A stretch of 29,912 nucleotides of DNA from a virus. Both the position numbers and the translations under genes were made by a program. Shown here one piece after another: positions 14,881 to 25,099 of the stretch. The stretch is from positions 1 through 29,912 of the IMG/VR virus record IMGVR_UViG_3300020576_003846, one strand, 5' to 3'. A model generated the notes under the pieces. The model was not told where the DNA came from and made no database searches. It saw only the letters and a list, made by a program, of their open reading frames with translations. Within the stretch, counting starts at the first letter, position 1. The number at the start of each line of letters is the position of its first letter.

Positions 14881-17358
14881 ATGGAATACAAAGAATTTAC
14901 AGATTTGTTTTATCAGCAGGGGTTGCAGGTTATTCCGTGCGGAGCTAACAAGAGGCCAACAGTAGACCGGTGGCGTGACGTGGAACTGCGGCAAATTGGT
15001 GAAGAATTACTTGCGTCAGCAGGCTGCATTGCGATACGTTGTGGCGATGGCGTAGAGTGTTTAGACTACGATAAAAAAAATGATGATGGCGACAACTTTG
15101 GTGAGGCCATGAAGTTGCTATCTGAAGACTTGTATCAACGGCTATACATAGAGTCCACGCCGTCTGGCGGTAAACATATTTGGTATAGATGTGCAGATGC
15201 TTCGTACGGGAATCAAGTATTGGCCCAGAGCGCAAATGGCCGCAGCACATGGGAAACACGCGGTGATGGTGGTTATGCAATAGTAGCACCCTCACCGGGT
15301 TACGAAGTTCTGCAAGGTGATTTGACCGTGTTTATCCCGGAAATCACAAGGGCAGAGCGCGATATGCTTTTTACGGCTGCCCGTGCACAAAATAAATTCG
15401 TTCAAGCCATGCTGCCAGAATCTAAAGACGGCATTGAAAAAAAAGCGAAGAGCATGCAACAAGGTTATTTGATTGGTTACTCACCTTTTGATGAGTACGA
15501 CCGCCGTGGCGAAGCCTTGCCCCTGCTGTTAGAACATAAATGGGAAATAACCGGCAAACGTAATGAAGTGTATTACTTGCGCAGGCCAGGCAAAACAGAA
15601 GGGGCACATAGTGCTACCTTAAATTATGTTGGTAAAAACATACTGTACGTATTTAGTACCGACGCGCAACCCTTCGAAGCGCAGCGAAGTTATAGACCTT
15701 CGGACATATACATACAGTTGGTTCATGGCGGCAACATCGCCGCAGCCCTTGCAGACCTTGCGGAACAAGGGTACGGCACAGCAGGCACCGTTGGCACCGA
15801 GTACGAACGCATAGCACCGGATACCGCTATGGCGTATATTATGCGAGGGCAAGAAGGGTTTGCAGACCTCATCACCGACCTGCATGGTGGCAAAGTAACG
15901 CCCTCAAAATTTGCAGCGGGTCGGGTCATGTATGTTGCCGCCGAACATTGCTGGTACATATTCACGAACCCAGCTAATATCAGAGTTTACGACCCTGAAG
16001 ACCCGCATAACCAATGGTTTCAAGACGGTGCGGAGCCAAATATTGTGCGTGCGCTGGTAGTAGATTCAGCGATAAATATTTGTACTATTGCAATTACCTA
16101 TTATGGTGAGTTGCTAAAATCAAATACGCTTGAGGGCTATGAGTTTCAGTTCGCTGAAAAAGCCTACCAGAGAGCGCAAAAAGCACTCACAAAAATTGAA
16201 GATAACGCAAGTTATGTAACGGGAATATTAACGCGCTACCGGTCGCGAGTTACAACTCGTGCCGTAAGTTGGGACGCAAACCCCGAAGTTATCGCCGTTG
16301 CCAATGGCTTACTAAGCCTTACTGACCGCAGCATAAGGCCGCAACTGCCATCCGACTACGTGCAGACCACCGCACCGGTGGAGTACGACAGAGCAGCTAC
16401 CGCGCCAACGTGGGAGCGCGTGTATTCTGATATTATCGATGATTACAAATCGGAGCAATGGTTCCGCCGTTGGCTTGGTTACTGCTTATCGGGTCATATT
16501 AAAGAACACTATCACCCTATACTTTACGGGGCTGAGGGGCGCAATGGGAAAGACACGATAATAAACGCTATTAGTGCGACTCTCGGTGGCTACACCGGTC
16601 AGGTGTCCCCTGCTGCCCTTATGGTTCGCAGTAGTAGCGTTGGTAGTGCTACTCCCGAAATCATTGACTTGCAGGGAAAGCGGATAGGGTGGCTTAATGA
16701 AACCAACGAAAGCGATAAAATAAATTTGGCATCGTTAAAACAACTCTCGGGTTCGCAAACCCTCAAAGGTCGTGCGTTGTATCGTGGTTATGTTGAGTTT
16801 CGGAACACAACGAAGATACACACGGTTACTAACGCTTTGCCCCGCATTAACGCCGACGATTCGGCCACGTGGGCAAGGCTTGTAGTAATAGAATTTAGAA
16901 GACGTTATTTCAGCTCGGACCATCCGGACTATGACCCCGACAACCCACTGCATGGCATAGCGGATAAAGACCTATCTGATAAACTTCGCAATGAAACAGC
17001 AGGCATATTAAATTGGCTTCTCGATGCTTATGCCGAATACCGTAAACACGGTTTAGGTGCGCAACCCGAAAGCATGCGCGAAGCGTTAAAGGTGTACCGT
17101 GCGGACCAAGATAGTATAGGTATGTTTGCCGGTGAGTGCTTGCGCGAGGCACAGGGTACCGAAGAAAGACACAAAAATATTTACATGGCGTATTTGCGTT
17201 GGTGTAAAGATTTACAAATACAACCACGCACAAGTAACGCGGTATCGCGAGCCTTGCAAGGTATGGGCTACCAGAGAGCAAATAGAGGTGGTATCATCTG
17301 CTGGCGTGATATTGCGCTGAAGCCAGACTTCGAACCGGTACCAATTTTCAACAACTAA
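14881..17358 (+). CDS. Bifunctional primase-polymerase (Prim-Pol N-terminal domain) fused to a D5/P4-family SF3 helicase
   Basis: The N-terminus has GLQVIPCGANKRPTVDRW...GGKHIWY...GYAIVAPS. The C-terminal half has Walker A LYGAEGRNGKDT, Walker B-like IGWLNETNE, and the ARLVVIEF block typical of phage/plasmid P4-type primases. Confidence 0.85.
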   Translation: MEYKEFTDLFYQQGLQVIPCGANKRPTVDRWRDVELRQIGEELLASAGCIAIRCGDGVECLDYDKKNDDGDNFGEAMKLLSEDLYQRLYIESTPSGGKHIWYRCADASYGNQVLAQSANGRSTWETRGDGGYAIVAPSPGYEVLQGDLTVFIPEITRAERDMLFTAARAQNKFVQAMLPESKDGIEKKAKSMQQGYLIGYSPFDEYDRRGEALPLLLEHKWEITGKRNEVYYLRRPGKTEGAHSATLNYVGKNILYVFSTDAQPFEAQRSYRPSDIYIQLVHGGNIAAALADLAEQGYGTAGTVGTEYERIAPDTAMAYIMRGQEGFADLITDLHGGKVTPSKFAAGRVMYVAAEHCWYIFTNPANIRVYDPEDPHNQWFQDGAEPNIVRALVVDSAINICTIAITYYGELLKSNTLEGYEFQFAEKAYQRAQKALTKIEDNASYVTGILTRYRSRVTTRAVSWDANPEVIAVANGLLSLTDRSIRPQLPSDYVQTTAPVEYDRAATAPTWERVYSDIIDDYKSEQWFRRWLGYCLSGHIKEHYHPILYGAEGRNGKDTIINAISATLGGYTGQVSPAALMVRSSSVGSATPEIIDLQGKRIGWLNETNESDKINLASLKQLSGSQTLKGRALYRGYVEFRNTTKIHTVTNALPRINADDSATWARLVVIEFRRRYFSSDHPDYDPDNPLHGIADKDLSDKLRNETAGILNWLLDAYAEYRKHGLGAQPESMREALKVYRADQDSIGMFAGECLREAQGTEERHKNIYMAYLRWCKDLQIQPRTSNAVSRALQGMGYQRANRGGIICWRDIALKPDFEPVPIFNN

Positions 17359-17374
17359 AAAAAAAGGAAAAAAA

Positions 17375-17602
17375 ATGATACAAGTAGTAATGACTGATGG
17401 GTACTACAATCCTAAATATCCTGACTCAATCTTACAATTTGCAACATTCACCGAAACCGAAGCATACATACGCGGCTATGCGGATCACAAGTTTTTAGGC
17501 GTGTGGCATGAATTAATAATTGCAGGTGGCCGCATTAGCGTTATTGCCCACGAAGAGGGGCAGCGGTACGTGGTGCAGGTAGGTACTTATGCGGATGTGT
17601 AG
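17375..17602 (+). CDS. Hypothetical protein, last gene of the rightward unit
   Basis: A 75-aa ORF preceded by AAAGG plus seven A, the same initiation context as at 13064. No motif recognised. Confidence 0.45.
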   Translation: MIQVVMTDGYYNPKYPDSILQFATFTETEAYIRGYADHKFLGVWHELIIAGGRISVIAHEEGQRYVVQVGTYADV

Positions 17603-17604
17603 CG

Positions 17605-18144
17605 TTACGGCAGCGATGACAAACGCGGGTGCAACTCCAAGTAAATTTGTATCCACAGTTGGCTCGATGCGGCAAATGTGTACCCGGTCCCGTTATCTGA
17701 AGTGACAACGGCAAACAGGCTTGTTGCATCGCCGCCGCTACCATTGCTAACCATCGTTATATTCGTTGCAACCTGTGCTTCGTAAACATTATCGGCAACA
17801 CGGGAGTAGTCCGCCGTAGCTACGGTAACAGACCCGCACAGCCCAACGGTACTACCTGCGTACGTGCTGCCGCCTGTGGGGCTGCTTGGAGCAACCGCAT
17901 GGTAAAGGTGTATGCGAATAGCAGGTTTGCATATATCGCCTGCGGCATTGGCTTTTTCATAGGCATACACAGCGACAACCCTAAAGGGTTGGTATACGCC
18001 ATGAAGAACAGAGGGAAATTGTATAACGCTACTGTTAAGGGCCTCCCCTGTTGTTAGCGCGCCCGCCGTGTATAGTGTTGTTACTTCTTTTGGTGTTGTT
18101 GTTGTCAGCACCGTTGCGTATGGTGCCATCGCTATGCAGCTCAT
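17605..18144 (-). CDS. Hypothetical distal-tail/virion protein, last gene of the leftward unit
   Basis: A 179-aa ORF with a strong AAGGAGG RBS and T/S/G/A-rich beta-type composition. The call rests on position only. Confidence 0.4.
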   Translation of the reverse strand: MSCIAMAPYATVLTTTTPKEVTTLYTAGALTTGEALNSSVIQFPSVLHGVYQPFRVVAVYAYEKANAAGDICKPAIRIHLYHAVAPSSPTGGSTYAGSTVGLCGSVTVATADYSRVADNVYEAQVATNITMVSNGSGGDATSLFAVVTSDNGTGYTFAASSQLWIQIYLELHPRLSSLP

Positions 18145-18160
18145 ATATTTTTTTACCTCC

Positions 18161-18892
18161 TTAAAATGTTAAATTCAAACCTGACAAACCCCCCTTAGCC
18201 CCTGTGCCACACGATACACGGTGACCACCTGCATAACTCCAAATATTTGTATCGTGTGTTAGCGTTGACACGCCTGCATGAGCATTAACGAAAATCATAA
18301 ATTCGATTAGGTCGCCGCCATTACAAACAACGTGGCGGCCACCTTTAACAAGCCCCTTAGTAATGGCAGCCCCGTTGAAAAATTCCAACGGCATATCATC
18401 AATTAAGCTATAAATAGCGTTATTGCGGAAGATAGCAAGTCGCACCCGTGTTGCCGCAATGGCACTATGTAGCACAACGGCACAGAACCCGTAGAACCAC
18501 CAAACGCCATCAGCGTTGTGCGGTACACGGTAGCGCGCTCCGCCGCTCACCATGTATCCCCCTGAAGTGCTGACGACGGTTTCACCGAAAAAAGCAAGAG
18601 GCACCCAAGTGTTATGCGCGATGTATAGGCTGCCCGAGCCGTTGCCGTCAAAGGCCACGTGCCACCCGGCAGCCTGCGTTTCGGCAGCCAAACCGTAGTG
18701 CTGTGCCGTATTGGCGGCAAGGTATTCACTTGCTCCCTGTACCGTTGTTTGTTCAATGATTATATTATTGGTTATAACGTTGTTAACTGTACTTTGGTTC
18801 ATGCCCGCACCTGCCCGCTTGCCCGCCGAATCGGGAAAGGCCAACGCATCAGGTAATATACTACGATTTTTTACAGGTGTGTTCAGCGGCAT
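18161..18892 (-). CDS. Hypothetical distal-tail protein (possible receptor-binding tip)
   Basis: A 243-aa ORF directly after the 591-aa tail gene. The G/N/A-rich beta-type sequence suggests a jelly-roll-like domain. No motif recognised. Confidence 0.35.
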   Translation of the reverse strand: MPLNTPVKNRSILPDALAFPDSAGKRAGAGMNQSTVNNVITNNIIIEQTTVQGASEYLAANTAQHYGLAAETQAAGWHVAFDGNGSGSLYIAHNTWVPLAFFGETVVSTSGGYMVSGGARYRVPHNADGVWWFYGFCAVVLHSAIAATRVRLAIFRNNAIYSLIDDMPLEFFNGAAITKGLVKGGRHVVCNGGDLIEFMIFVNAHAGVSTLTHDTNIWSYAGGHRVSCGTGAKGGLSGLNLTF

Positions 18893-18895
18893 AAA

Positions 18896-20671
18896 TTATC
18901 CTAAGATAATAGTGAATTTTACGGTGTGGTTAGAAAAATCATACTCAACTCCAGTGACGTTAGCATCGGCCCACCCGATATTGGCAAGCCTCGTTGTGCG
19001 CGCCCCTGTGAACGTCCACCCGTCTTGCAGAGCACCAACGGTGACCTTAGCACTCGCGAGAGTCTGCGCCATAAATGTAGCCTCGGTCTTGTACATAGTG
19101 GTGCCGAAGCCAGCGATAAGAGCATCGGCAAGAGCCCTGCCAATAGTTGCATTTTTTTGCACCTCGTTGCACCATACAGCGTACAAGTCAGCGATATTAA
19201 AATTAGATGTTGAAGGTGGCTCAGCGGAAACAGCTGTGGATGCTGTTACATGGCCGGAAGCCGAATAATAAACTTGCGTATATTCATGGCAGCGTAGTGG
19301 TGTACTACCTGCGCATGTAAGTAATACATTTGTTTCAGTTAGTCCCTTGCGCATACAGTCCTGAAAGGGCAGGGCAGGGAAAACACTTGTATCTATATCG
19401 GTAGATTTTTTTCTACCGCCCAACACGGAGGGGGAATTCGTAAACAAATTGCATTGGATAGTATATGATTTATCTGTCCTTGTACTGCCACTGCTTGCCT
19501 TGTATTCAATAACGTTACCATCACCGTTGTAGCTCGCTCTTACCTCAGCCCTTGCAATACCCGACGGTTCAACGTCACCTATGTCGAGGGCATCATCAAG
19601 AGAGAGAGAGGCGCCCGCTACGAATTTACACACTGTTATACTCCATTTGACGCCCACGTAATGGCTACCGCCGGATAGCCCATAAACAAAGGAATACGAA
19701 GCCCTCGCAAGGGCAGCCTCAATGTAGTCACGCAAATAATCGTAGGCTGATTCATAACTACCTATACTATACTTGTCGTCTTCGGATAAAAGGCCACCGA
19801 CAACATCGCCATCCTTGTTGTATACTTCGGCAACAACAAATAAATTAGCTGCGTTGTTTATTACGCCATCTGTTGCGCGTGGGTATGTGTCATGTTTGGC
19901 ACCCCAAAAGCGAACGCCTCCAGAAATTAACAAATCTGATAAATAGCTTCCGCCAGCCTCACGAAGCCAGCTATTTACAGTGCCTGCGGTTCTATTGCCA
20001 ACATCGCCGGCAGCCCTGCTAATAGCCTCTGTTAGCCAATTCCAGTACGTAGCTACATTTGTAACCCTAAAATTTGTAGTATAACCTGTGTCTTCGAGTC
20101 GCGCACTTTGGTATGCATCTGAGCGGTCAACACTACCGAAATTTACATCCCATAGGACAGGGTATAAATTGCTATCACTATAACGCGGTGTACTATTCGT
20201 AGCCCCTGCCGTGATAACGTCTTTGCCGCTAACTGCGGAAAGTGATGCGTATAGCAAATCAACTAAATTAACTTCATACAGCTCGCCGTTCAGCTCGCTA
20301 TCAAAAACAAACTTATTATCATTCAATGCAGGCTCACACCCTGCAAACTCTAAGGTTGTAGGGCTGCCACTACCTCGATTGCTGAAGACAAGCCACGTGT
20401 TACGTTTGCCCCCCGAAGAAGGTTCACGTAGGTAGCCCTGTAGGTCCGGGTCTAGAACATCATACCAAAGTTTACAACTAAACTCATACGGCTTAACAAG
20501 CCCGATAGGCAGCTCATCAAAAACATATTTAAGGTTACCAAGTTCCAATACAGGGGCATGCGCCGACACAGGGGCAAAGGGTTTGACTGTGGCGTCGTCG
20601 AAATGCGTATCATGTGGAATGATGCGAATCTTCCACGTCCACGCCAGCTCTATCGTTTCTTCAAAAATCAT
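18896..20671 (-). CDS. Tail tip/hub protein (Tal-like) by synteny
   Basis: A 591-aa ORF, second gene after the tape measure, which is the usual Dit-Tal order in long-tailed phages. No sequence motif recognised. Confidence 0.4.
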   Translation of the reverse strand: MIFEETIELAWTWKIRIIPHDTHFDDATVKPFAPVSAHAPVLELGNLKYVFDELPIGLVKPYEFSCKLWYDVLDPDLQGYLREPSSGGKRNTWLVFSNRGSGSPTTLEFAGCEPALNDNKFVFDSELNGELYEVNLVDLLYASLSAVSGKDVITAGATNSTPRYSDSNLYPVLWDVNFGSVDRSDAYQSARLEDTGYTTNFRVTNVATYWNWLTEAISRAAGDVGNRTAGTVNSWLREAGGSYLSDLLISGGVRFWGAKHDTYPRATDGVINNAANLFVVAEVYNKDGDVVGGLLSEDDKYSIGSYESAYDYLRDYIEAALARASYSFVYGLSGGSHYVGVKWSITVCKFVAGASLSLDDALDIGDVEPSGIARAEVRASYNGDGNVIEYKASSGSTRTDKSYTIQCNLFTNSPSVLGGRKKSTDIDTSVFPALPFQDCMRKGLTETNVLLTCAGSTPLRCHEYTQVYYSASGHVTASTAVSAEPPSTSNFNIADLYAVWCNEVQKNATIGRALADALIAGFGTTMYKTEATFMAQTLASAKVTVGALQDGWTFTGARTTRLANIGWADANVTGVEYDFSNHTVKFTIILG

Positions 20672-20673
20672 AA

Positions 20674-21147
20674 CTAACTATATGCTTTTACTTCCCATAG
20701 CATGGTAAGGTTGCGGATGCCGTTGTCGTCGTCAGGCTCTTCCTCCCATGCGCGGAGTGCCACAGGATGAACCTTATTTGTATCCGTTGGGTATGTCCGT
20801 GAACCTGCTTCAATGCTTATCCAATAATAACCCGCAGCGGAAATAAAGTTTACCAAATCATCAATATCAGTAAGGTCTGGTTCTGTGCCGTCGTCGTAGG
20901 TGTGGGGGTACGTTGTGACGCTGAAGACCCTGCGCTTGCGCACGCGTATGGTAGGGTAGTAGCCACTGACATCCTGCACTTCGGGAGTGACAACCGCCCA
21001 AGTAGCATGAGGGGCGGTAATGTACACAGCTTTCGTTGTGTACCCTGATAGGACGGATATAGTTGATTTGTTTAATTCTGTGTCCGTTTTCGCCCCTGCA
21101 TTATCGTCAGCCCTGTGAATAGTCAGCTTGAAAGATTCAAGTTTCAT
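20674..21147 (-). CDS. Distal tail protein (Dit-like) by synteny
   Basis: It lies immediately after the tape measure gene. I prefer the ATG at 21147, which makes an ATGA junction with the tape-measure stop (21146..21144), over the GTG at 21165 used by the track. Confidence 0.4.
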   Translation of the reverse strand: MKLESFKLTIHRADDNAGAKTDTELNKSTISVLSGYTTKAVYITAPHATWAVVTPEVQDVSGYYPTIRVRKRRVFSVTTYPHTYDDGTEPDLTDIDDLVNFISAAGYYWISIEAGSRTYPTDTNKVHPVALRAWEEEPDDDNGIRNLTMLWEVKAYS

Positions 21148-24100
21148 GCTCGTGCCGCGCTCCACCGCGAATTATCAATTTGGGTAATAACCGAACGGCT
21201 CTCAGGCTGTACCGTGACGATGCCATAGTTGTTTGACATTCGGTCCACGCGCCGCAACTGTTTTGCTATGCCGTCGAGCCTTGCTTCAAGGCCTGCAACA
21301 GGCAATGGCGTGACGTGTGCGGCAGAAGAAGACATAGAAATATTATGCTTTGCAAGTATTGCAGGCAGCCCCTGCCATGTATGCAACTGACCGCCACGAT
21401 GCAGGTGCTCAAATAACGCTCTATTTTCTTTAGTGACTCTCGCCGTATGGACAAACTCGCGTCCGTGAACAACACCTGCAACAGCGTTATCATTGCCGTC
21501 ACCTGTATACCCGCCCTCTTTGAAGCCTGATATTACGGAAGCCAACATGGCTTTCAGCAAGGCCGCCATCGCTTTTGCGGCAGGCAAAGCAAAGGGACCT
21601 AAGGTACTAATATAACTCGCTATCATTGGCACGACGTACACATCAACGAGGGATGATGCTATCGTTATCGCAAACTTTTTTAATGCTTTGCCGGACTCTT
21701 CAGTGCCAGCTAAAATCGTTCCTAACGCCGCCCCCGTTGCCGTTGCCAACGTGGAGTACATTAGTTCAGTTTGTTTTGTTGTTTCCTTGTTGTTATCTAA
21801 AAGTTTAGCATTTTTTTCTTCGCTGCTCAAGCCCATGTCCGCTTCAATAGCCTCGCGCTCCGAAGCAAGGGACGCAATCTTTGCCGTTGTATCTTGAATT
21901 AACTTAGTATTTGCATTTAGCACCTCAATGTATGCCCCGCTAATAGCGGATTGTAATCTTGTATAGAAACTTTCGGTTTCGGTTGCCCCATCGCGTAACT
22001 TACCCATTGCGTCTTGGTAGGAAAGTATCCCCGCCCTTGCATCTTCAACAACTTTTTTAGCGGCCTCATTGGTTATATCTTCGGGTACTTCAAATAACGC
22101 ATCCCATTTAATATTGCCGAAAGCATCAATAAATGAGTTTGATAATTGCTTGCTAAGTTTAGTAAAAGAATCTTCAGTTGGGACAAAGTCAATTTTAACA
22201 GGCTCAATTTTTAGCGCGTGTAATTCTTTCGCAAGGTTCGATAAATCAACGCTTGGAGTAATAGTAATCTTCTTTATAGAAAGCGCAACATCAGGGGCAA
22301 GGTCGGCAAATATTTGGCGTATATCGTTGGTTGTTTCGTCTTTGTTTAATTTGATTTTAGTGGAAATAAACAACCCTTCTTTGTCCACCGTTGCCTTGAA
22401 TATTTCCTGCGCTTGTTGAAAAAGTTTATTTGCTGCCTCTCTATCTATTTCCTTTAACTTTATCTCTGCCTCTTCGCTTGTTATAGCCCCAATTTTTTGA
22501 AGCACTTCAAGCCGTGCAGCCTCTTCTTTACGTGCTGTGGCGATAGCTTGCTTAATGTCGTTATATTTTTTTAGTGCTTTTTCAAGTGCCGACGCGGTGC
22601 TTCCTGCCGCCCCCGCCCCCGTCCTTGCGGCCTCGGCTCCAACCTCTGCTGCTGCCTCAGCCTCAGCCTTAGCCCGTGCGGCCTCTTCACGCGCTTCTTT
22701 CGCTCTGGCTACGACGTCATTGAAGCCTCTGTCGTAAGCCCTGCTAATGCGTTCACCACTACCTGCAAGAATTTCTGCAATCTTAGCAAAGTTAAACGAT
22801 GATAGTGCTTCGAAAAATTCGCCAATGATATTTTTTGTTTCTCGGAACGCTACGGCGACACCGCGCAAAGTGCCTTTGATATTATCAAAAATTTTCCTAA
22901 GTCCATCAATAAAACTACCAGATTTATTGGCGGCTTGGCCAACGCCCGTTGTTTCCTCTTTCGCACCCTTAAAAAGATTTATGATAGGCTTCAGCACAGC
23001 CATCAGCATATCGAGGCCGGAAACCAACACTTCAACAACTATACCCGCAAGCTCACCAACAACGCTGCCCACTTCGCTCGCTATTTCGGCAAAAATCTGC
23101 AACCCATCAGTAAACAACTTCATAATGTCCACGCCCTCACCCATGCCGCCAAACCAACTCCTAAACATATCTATAATTGGCGTTAGTGAGCGCAAGACAG
23201 CGTCGAAAACCTTTGATAATATATCGTAGAAAGTTCCAATCGCCGTAATCGTAACCGTAAGAGAAGTTACAATATTCGCTATAATAGCGCCGCCAATGGC
23301 CATGAGTATTGGTTTAGCGACAGCCCACAGCTTCGAGAAATACCCCTGAAAACTTGCGAAGGTCTTTTGAATTACGGGGCCTAAAACCGTCTTAAAAATA
23401 TTTATCACGGGGACCAACACAGCAGACAACCCTTGATAAATAGATATACCAAAATCAGCGACGACGGACTTCATACGATTAAACATCTCGCCGAGAGTAT
23501 TCATATTGGTGGCGGCTTGGTCATAAGCTGCCGTTGTGTTTGTTATCTCAGCAGTCCACTCCCTTATTGTGCCCGCCCCCTGCGCCAGCATGCCCGCGGC
23601 TGCTGCATTTTCTTTGCCGAAAATGGTTGCCATTGCAGCATTTCTTTCGTAGTCCGAACCGAGAGTTGCAAGACCTGCGTTTAGTTTTTCCAGGGCTTCA
23701 CCAGCGCCCTGCGTTGTTAGCGTTGTGCCGAGCTCCTTAGTTGATAAACCCATTTTCTTTAATGCTTTTTCGCCTTCGCCACTTTGCTTTTGCAGGCTCG
23801 CCAAAACGTTGCGTAAACCAATACCCGCTTCGCTGCCCACCTTGCCACCGGCAGCAAGAACCTGTAAGGCTGCGTTCGCTTCCTCAAAAGAAACATTAGA
23901 ACCCTTCACCGCAACACCTGCTTGCAAGAAAGCCTCACCAACCTGCGGTATTTCTGCGGCACCTACTTGTGCAGAGGCTGCCAAAACATTGATGAAGCGC
24001 GCCGATTCGCGTGCAGCCTCGTCGGCATCCTCAACATTAACGCCCATCTGTAGCATAGAGTTCGCAAGTGTGTCCATAGACTGCGCTGCGTCCAGCCCGC

Positions 24101-24770
24101 CAGCTTTAGCAAGTATGTTAACATTTTTTGTAATCTCTCCCAACGCTTCGGGAGTGCCTGCCAACTGCGGACCAAATTTCGACAGGATGCCCTGAAAGGC
24201 CGCCAGCTGCGTACTTGCCTCGCCGCCAAAGTCTTTAGCCAGCTGCCTCCCCATGTCACCTAAATTAGTTAATGCCTCCCCTGTGACACCCGTCACTGCG
24301 GAGAGCGCCGCCATGTCCTGTTCGAATTGTTGCCCAAGCTCCATTGCTGATTTGAAGCCACCAATGAGCGCACTTACTCCGGTACTCACTGCCCCTGCAA
24401 CTCCCCCGCCAATGAGGCCCCCCATCAGTGCACCCTTCATATCGGCAGCCGAAGCCTTGAACATATCACTAAATTTATTTCCTGCCGACTTTCCTGCGTC
24501 GCCAGCCTCACCGGTAAACCTTGCTTTCATTTTCGTCCACCAGCCTGTAAGGCCCTGTTCATTGGGTTTTACAGGTATTTCAACAGGCTTAACGGCAACC
24601 CCTGAAGTGGCTGCTTTGACATCGGAAACAAATTTATTTACAGAACCTGAATCAAGTTTAACAGCTGCCTTTATGTCCCCAACATTAGCGGTTTCCTTGT
24701 GCAGTTTTTGCAGGTTAGATATGGCGGGGCCCGTATCTATCGAGAGCGTAGCGGTAAGATTCGTTGCCAT
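21144..24770 (-). CDS. Tail tape measure protein
   Basis: 1208 aa. It has a TP901-type core block (MAALSAVTGVTGEALTNLGDMGRQLAKDFGGEAS...ILAKAGGLDAAQS), long Ala/Gly-rich hydrophobic segments, coiled-coil stretches and a C-terminal GGYTGDG...GVVHGREFVHTA motif. Confidence 0.9.
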   Translation of the reverse strand: MATNLTATLSIDTGPAISNLQKLHKETANVGDIKAAVKLDSGSVNKFVSDVKAATSGVAVKPVEIPVKPNEQGLTGWWTKMKARFTGEAGDAGKSAGNKFSDMFKASAADMKGALMGGLIGGGVAGAVSTGVSALIGGFKSAMELGQQFEQDMAALSAVTGVTGEALTNLGDMGRQLAKDFGGEASTQLAAFQGILSKFGPQLAGTPEALGEITKNVNILAKAGGLDAAQSMDTLANSMLQMGVNVEDADEAARESARFINVLAASAQVGAAEIPQVGEAFLQAGVAVKGSNVSFEEANAALQVLAAGGKVGSEAGIGLRNVLASLQKQSGEGEKALKKMGLSTKELGTTLTTQGAGEALEKLNAGLATLGSDYERNAAMATIFGKENAAAAGMLAQGAGTIREWTAEITNTTAAYDQAATNMNTLGEMFNRMKSVVADFGISIYQGLSAVLVPVINIFKTVLGPVIQKTFASFQGYFSKLWAVAKPILMAIGGAIIANIVTSLTVTITAIGTFYDILSKVFDAVLRSLTPIIDMFRSWFGGMGEGVDIMKLFTDGLQIFAEIASEVGSVVGELAGIVVEVLVSGLDMLMAVLKPIINLFKGAKEETTGVGQAANKSGSFIDGLRKIFDNIKGTLRGVAVAFRETKNIIGEFFEALSSFNFAKIAEILAGSGERISRAYDRGFNDVVARAKEAREEAARAKAEAEAAAEVGAEAARTGAGAAGSTASALEKALKKYNDIKQAIATARKEEAARLEVLQKIGAITSEEAEIKLKEIDREAANKLFQQAQEIFKATVDKEGLFISTKIKLNKDETTNDIRQIFADLAPDVALSIKKITITPSVDLSNLAKELHALKIEPVKIDFVPTEDSFTKLSKQLSNSFIDAFGNIKWDALFEVPEDITNEAAKKVVEDARAGILSYQDAMGKLRDGATETESFYTRLQSAISGAYIEVLNANTKLIQDTTAKIASLASEREAIEADMGLSSEEKNAKLLDNNKETTKQTELMYSTLATATGAALGTILAGTEESGKALKKFAITIASSLVDVYVVPMIASYISTLGPFALPAAKAMAALLKAMLASVISGFKEGGYTGDGNDNAVAGVVHGREFVHTARVTKENRALFEHLHRGGQLHTWQGLPAILAKHNISMSSSAAHVTPLPVAGLEARLDGIAKQLRRVDRMSNNYGIVTVQPESRSVITQIDNSRWSAARA

Positions 24771-24772
24771 GA

Positions 24773-25099
24773 TTACATTCGCCTTTTATCTCTATTTATA
24801 TTTATTGTCTTCATTGTAGGCTGATCCCATGCGGCAGCTCTGTGCAGGGCTACACGTCGTAGCCATGCGGAGGCAGGTAGAAGTTGGAAGTCATCAGGTG
24901 TCATGTGCCAAACTTTCGCAACCTCATAACTAACAATATAGTCCGCATACTCATCCGCCACCACCTCAACCCCTGTAACCCTTGTAGGTAGAGGCTCTCC
25001 GTATTCATCCATTGGTTTCAACGTTAGCACAGGGAAAGCCTCCATCACATCGTTACATTTATTTACTTCGCTGTAATAGCAAGGTGCGAAAGGATTCAA
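24773..25099 (-). CDS. Tail assembly chaperone, downstream (T-like) ORF
   Basis: It sits between the upstream chaperone ORF and the tape measure gene. It overlaps the upstream ORF by 41 nt in the +1 frame and has only a TTG as a possible own start. Confidence 0.45.
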   Translation of the reverse strand: MNPFAPCYYSEVNKCNDVMEAFPVLTLKPMDEYGEPLPTRVTGVEVVADEYADYIVSYEVAKVWHMTPDDFQLLPASAWLRRVALHRAAAWDQPTMKTININRDKRRM

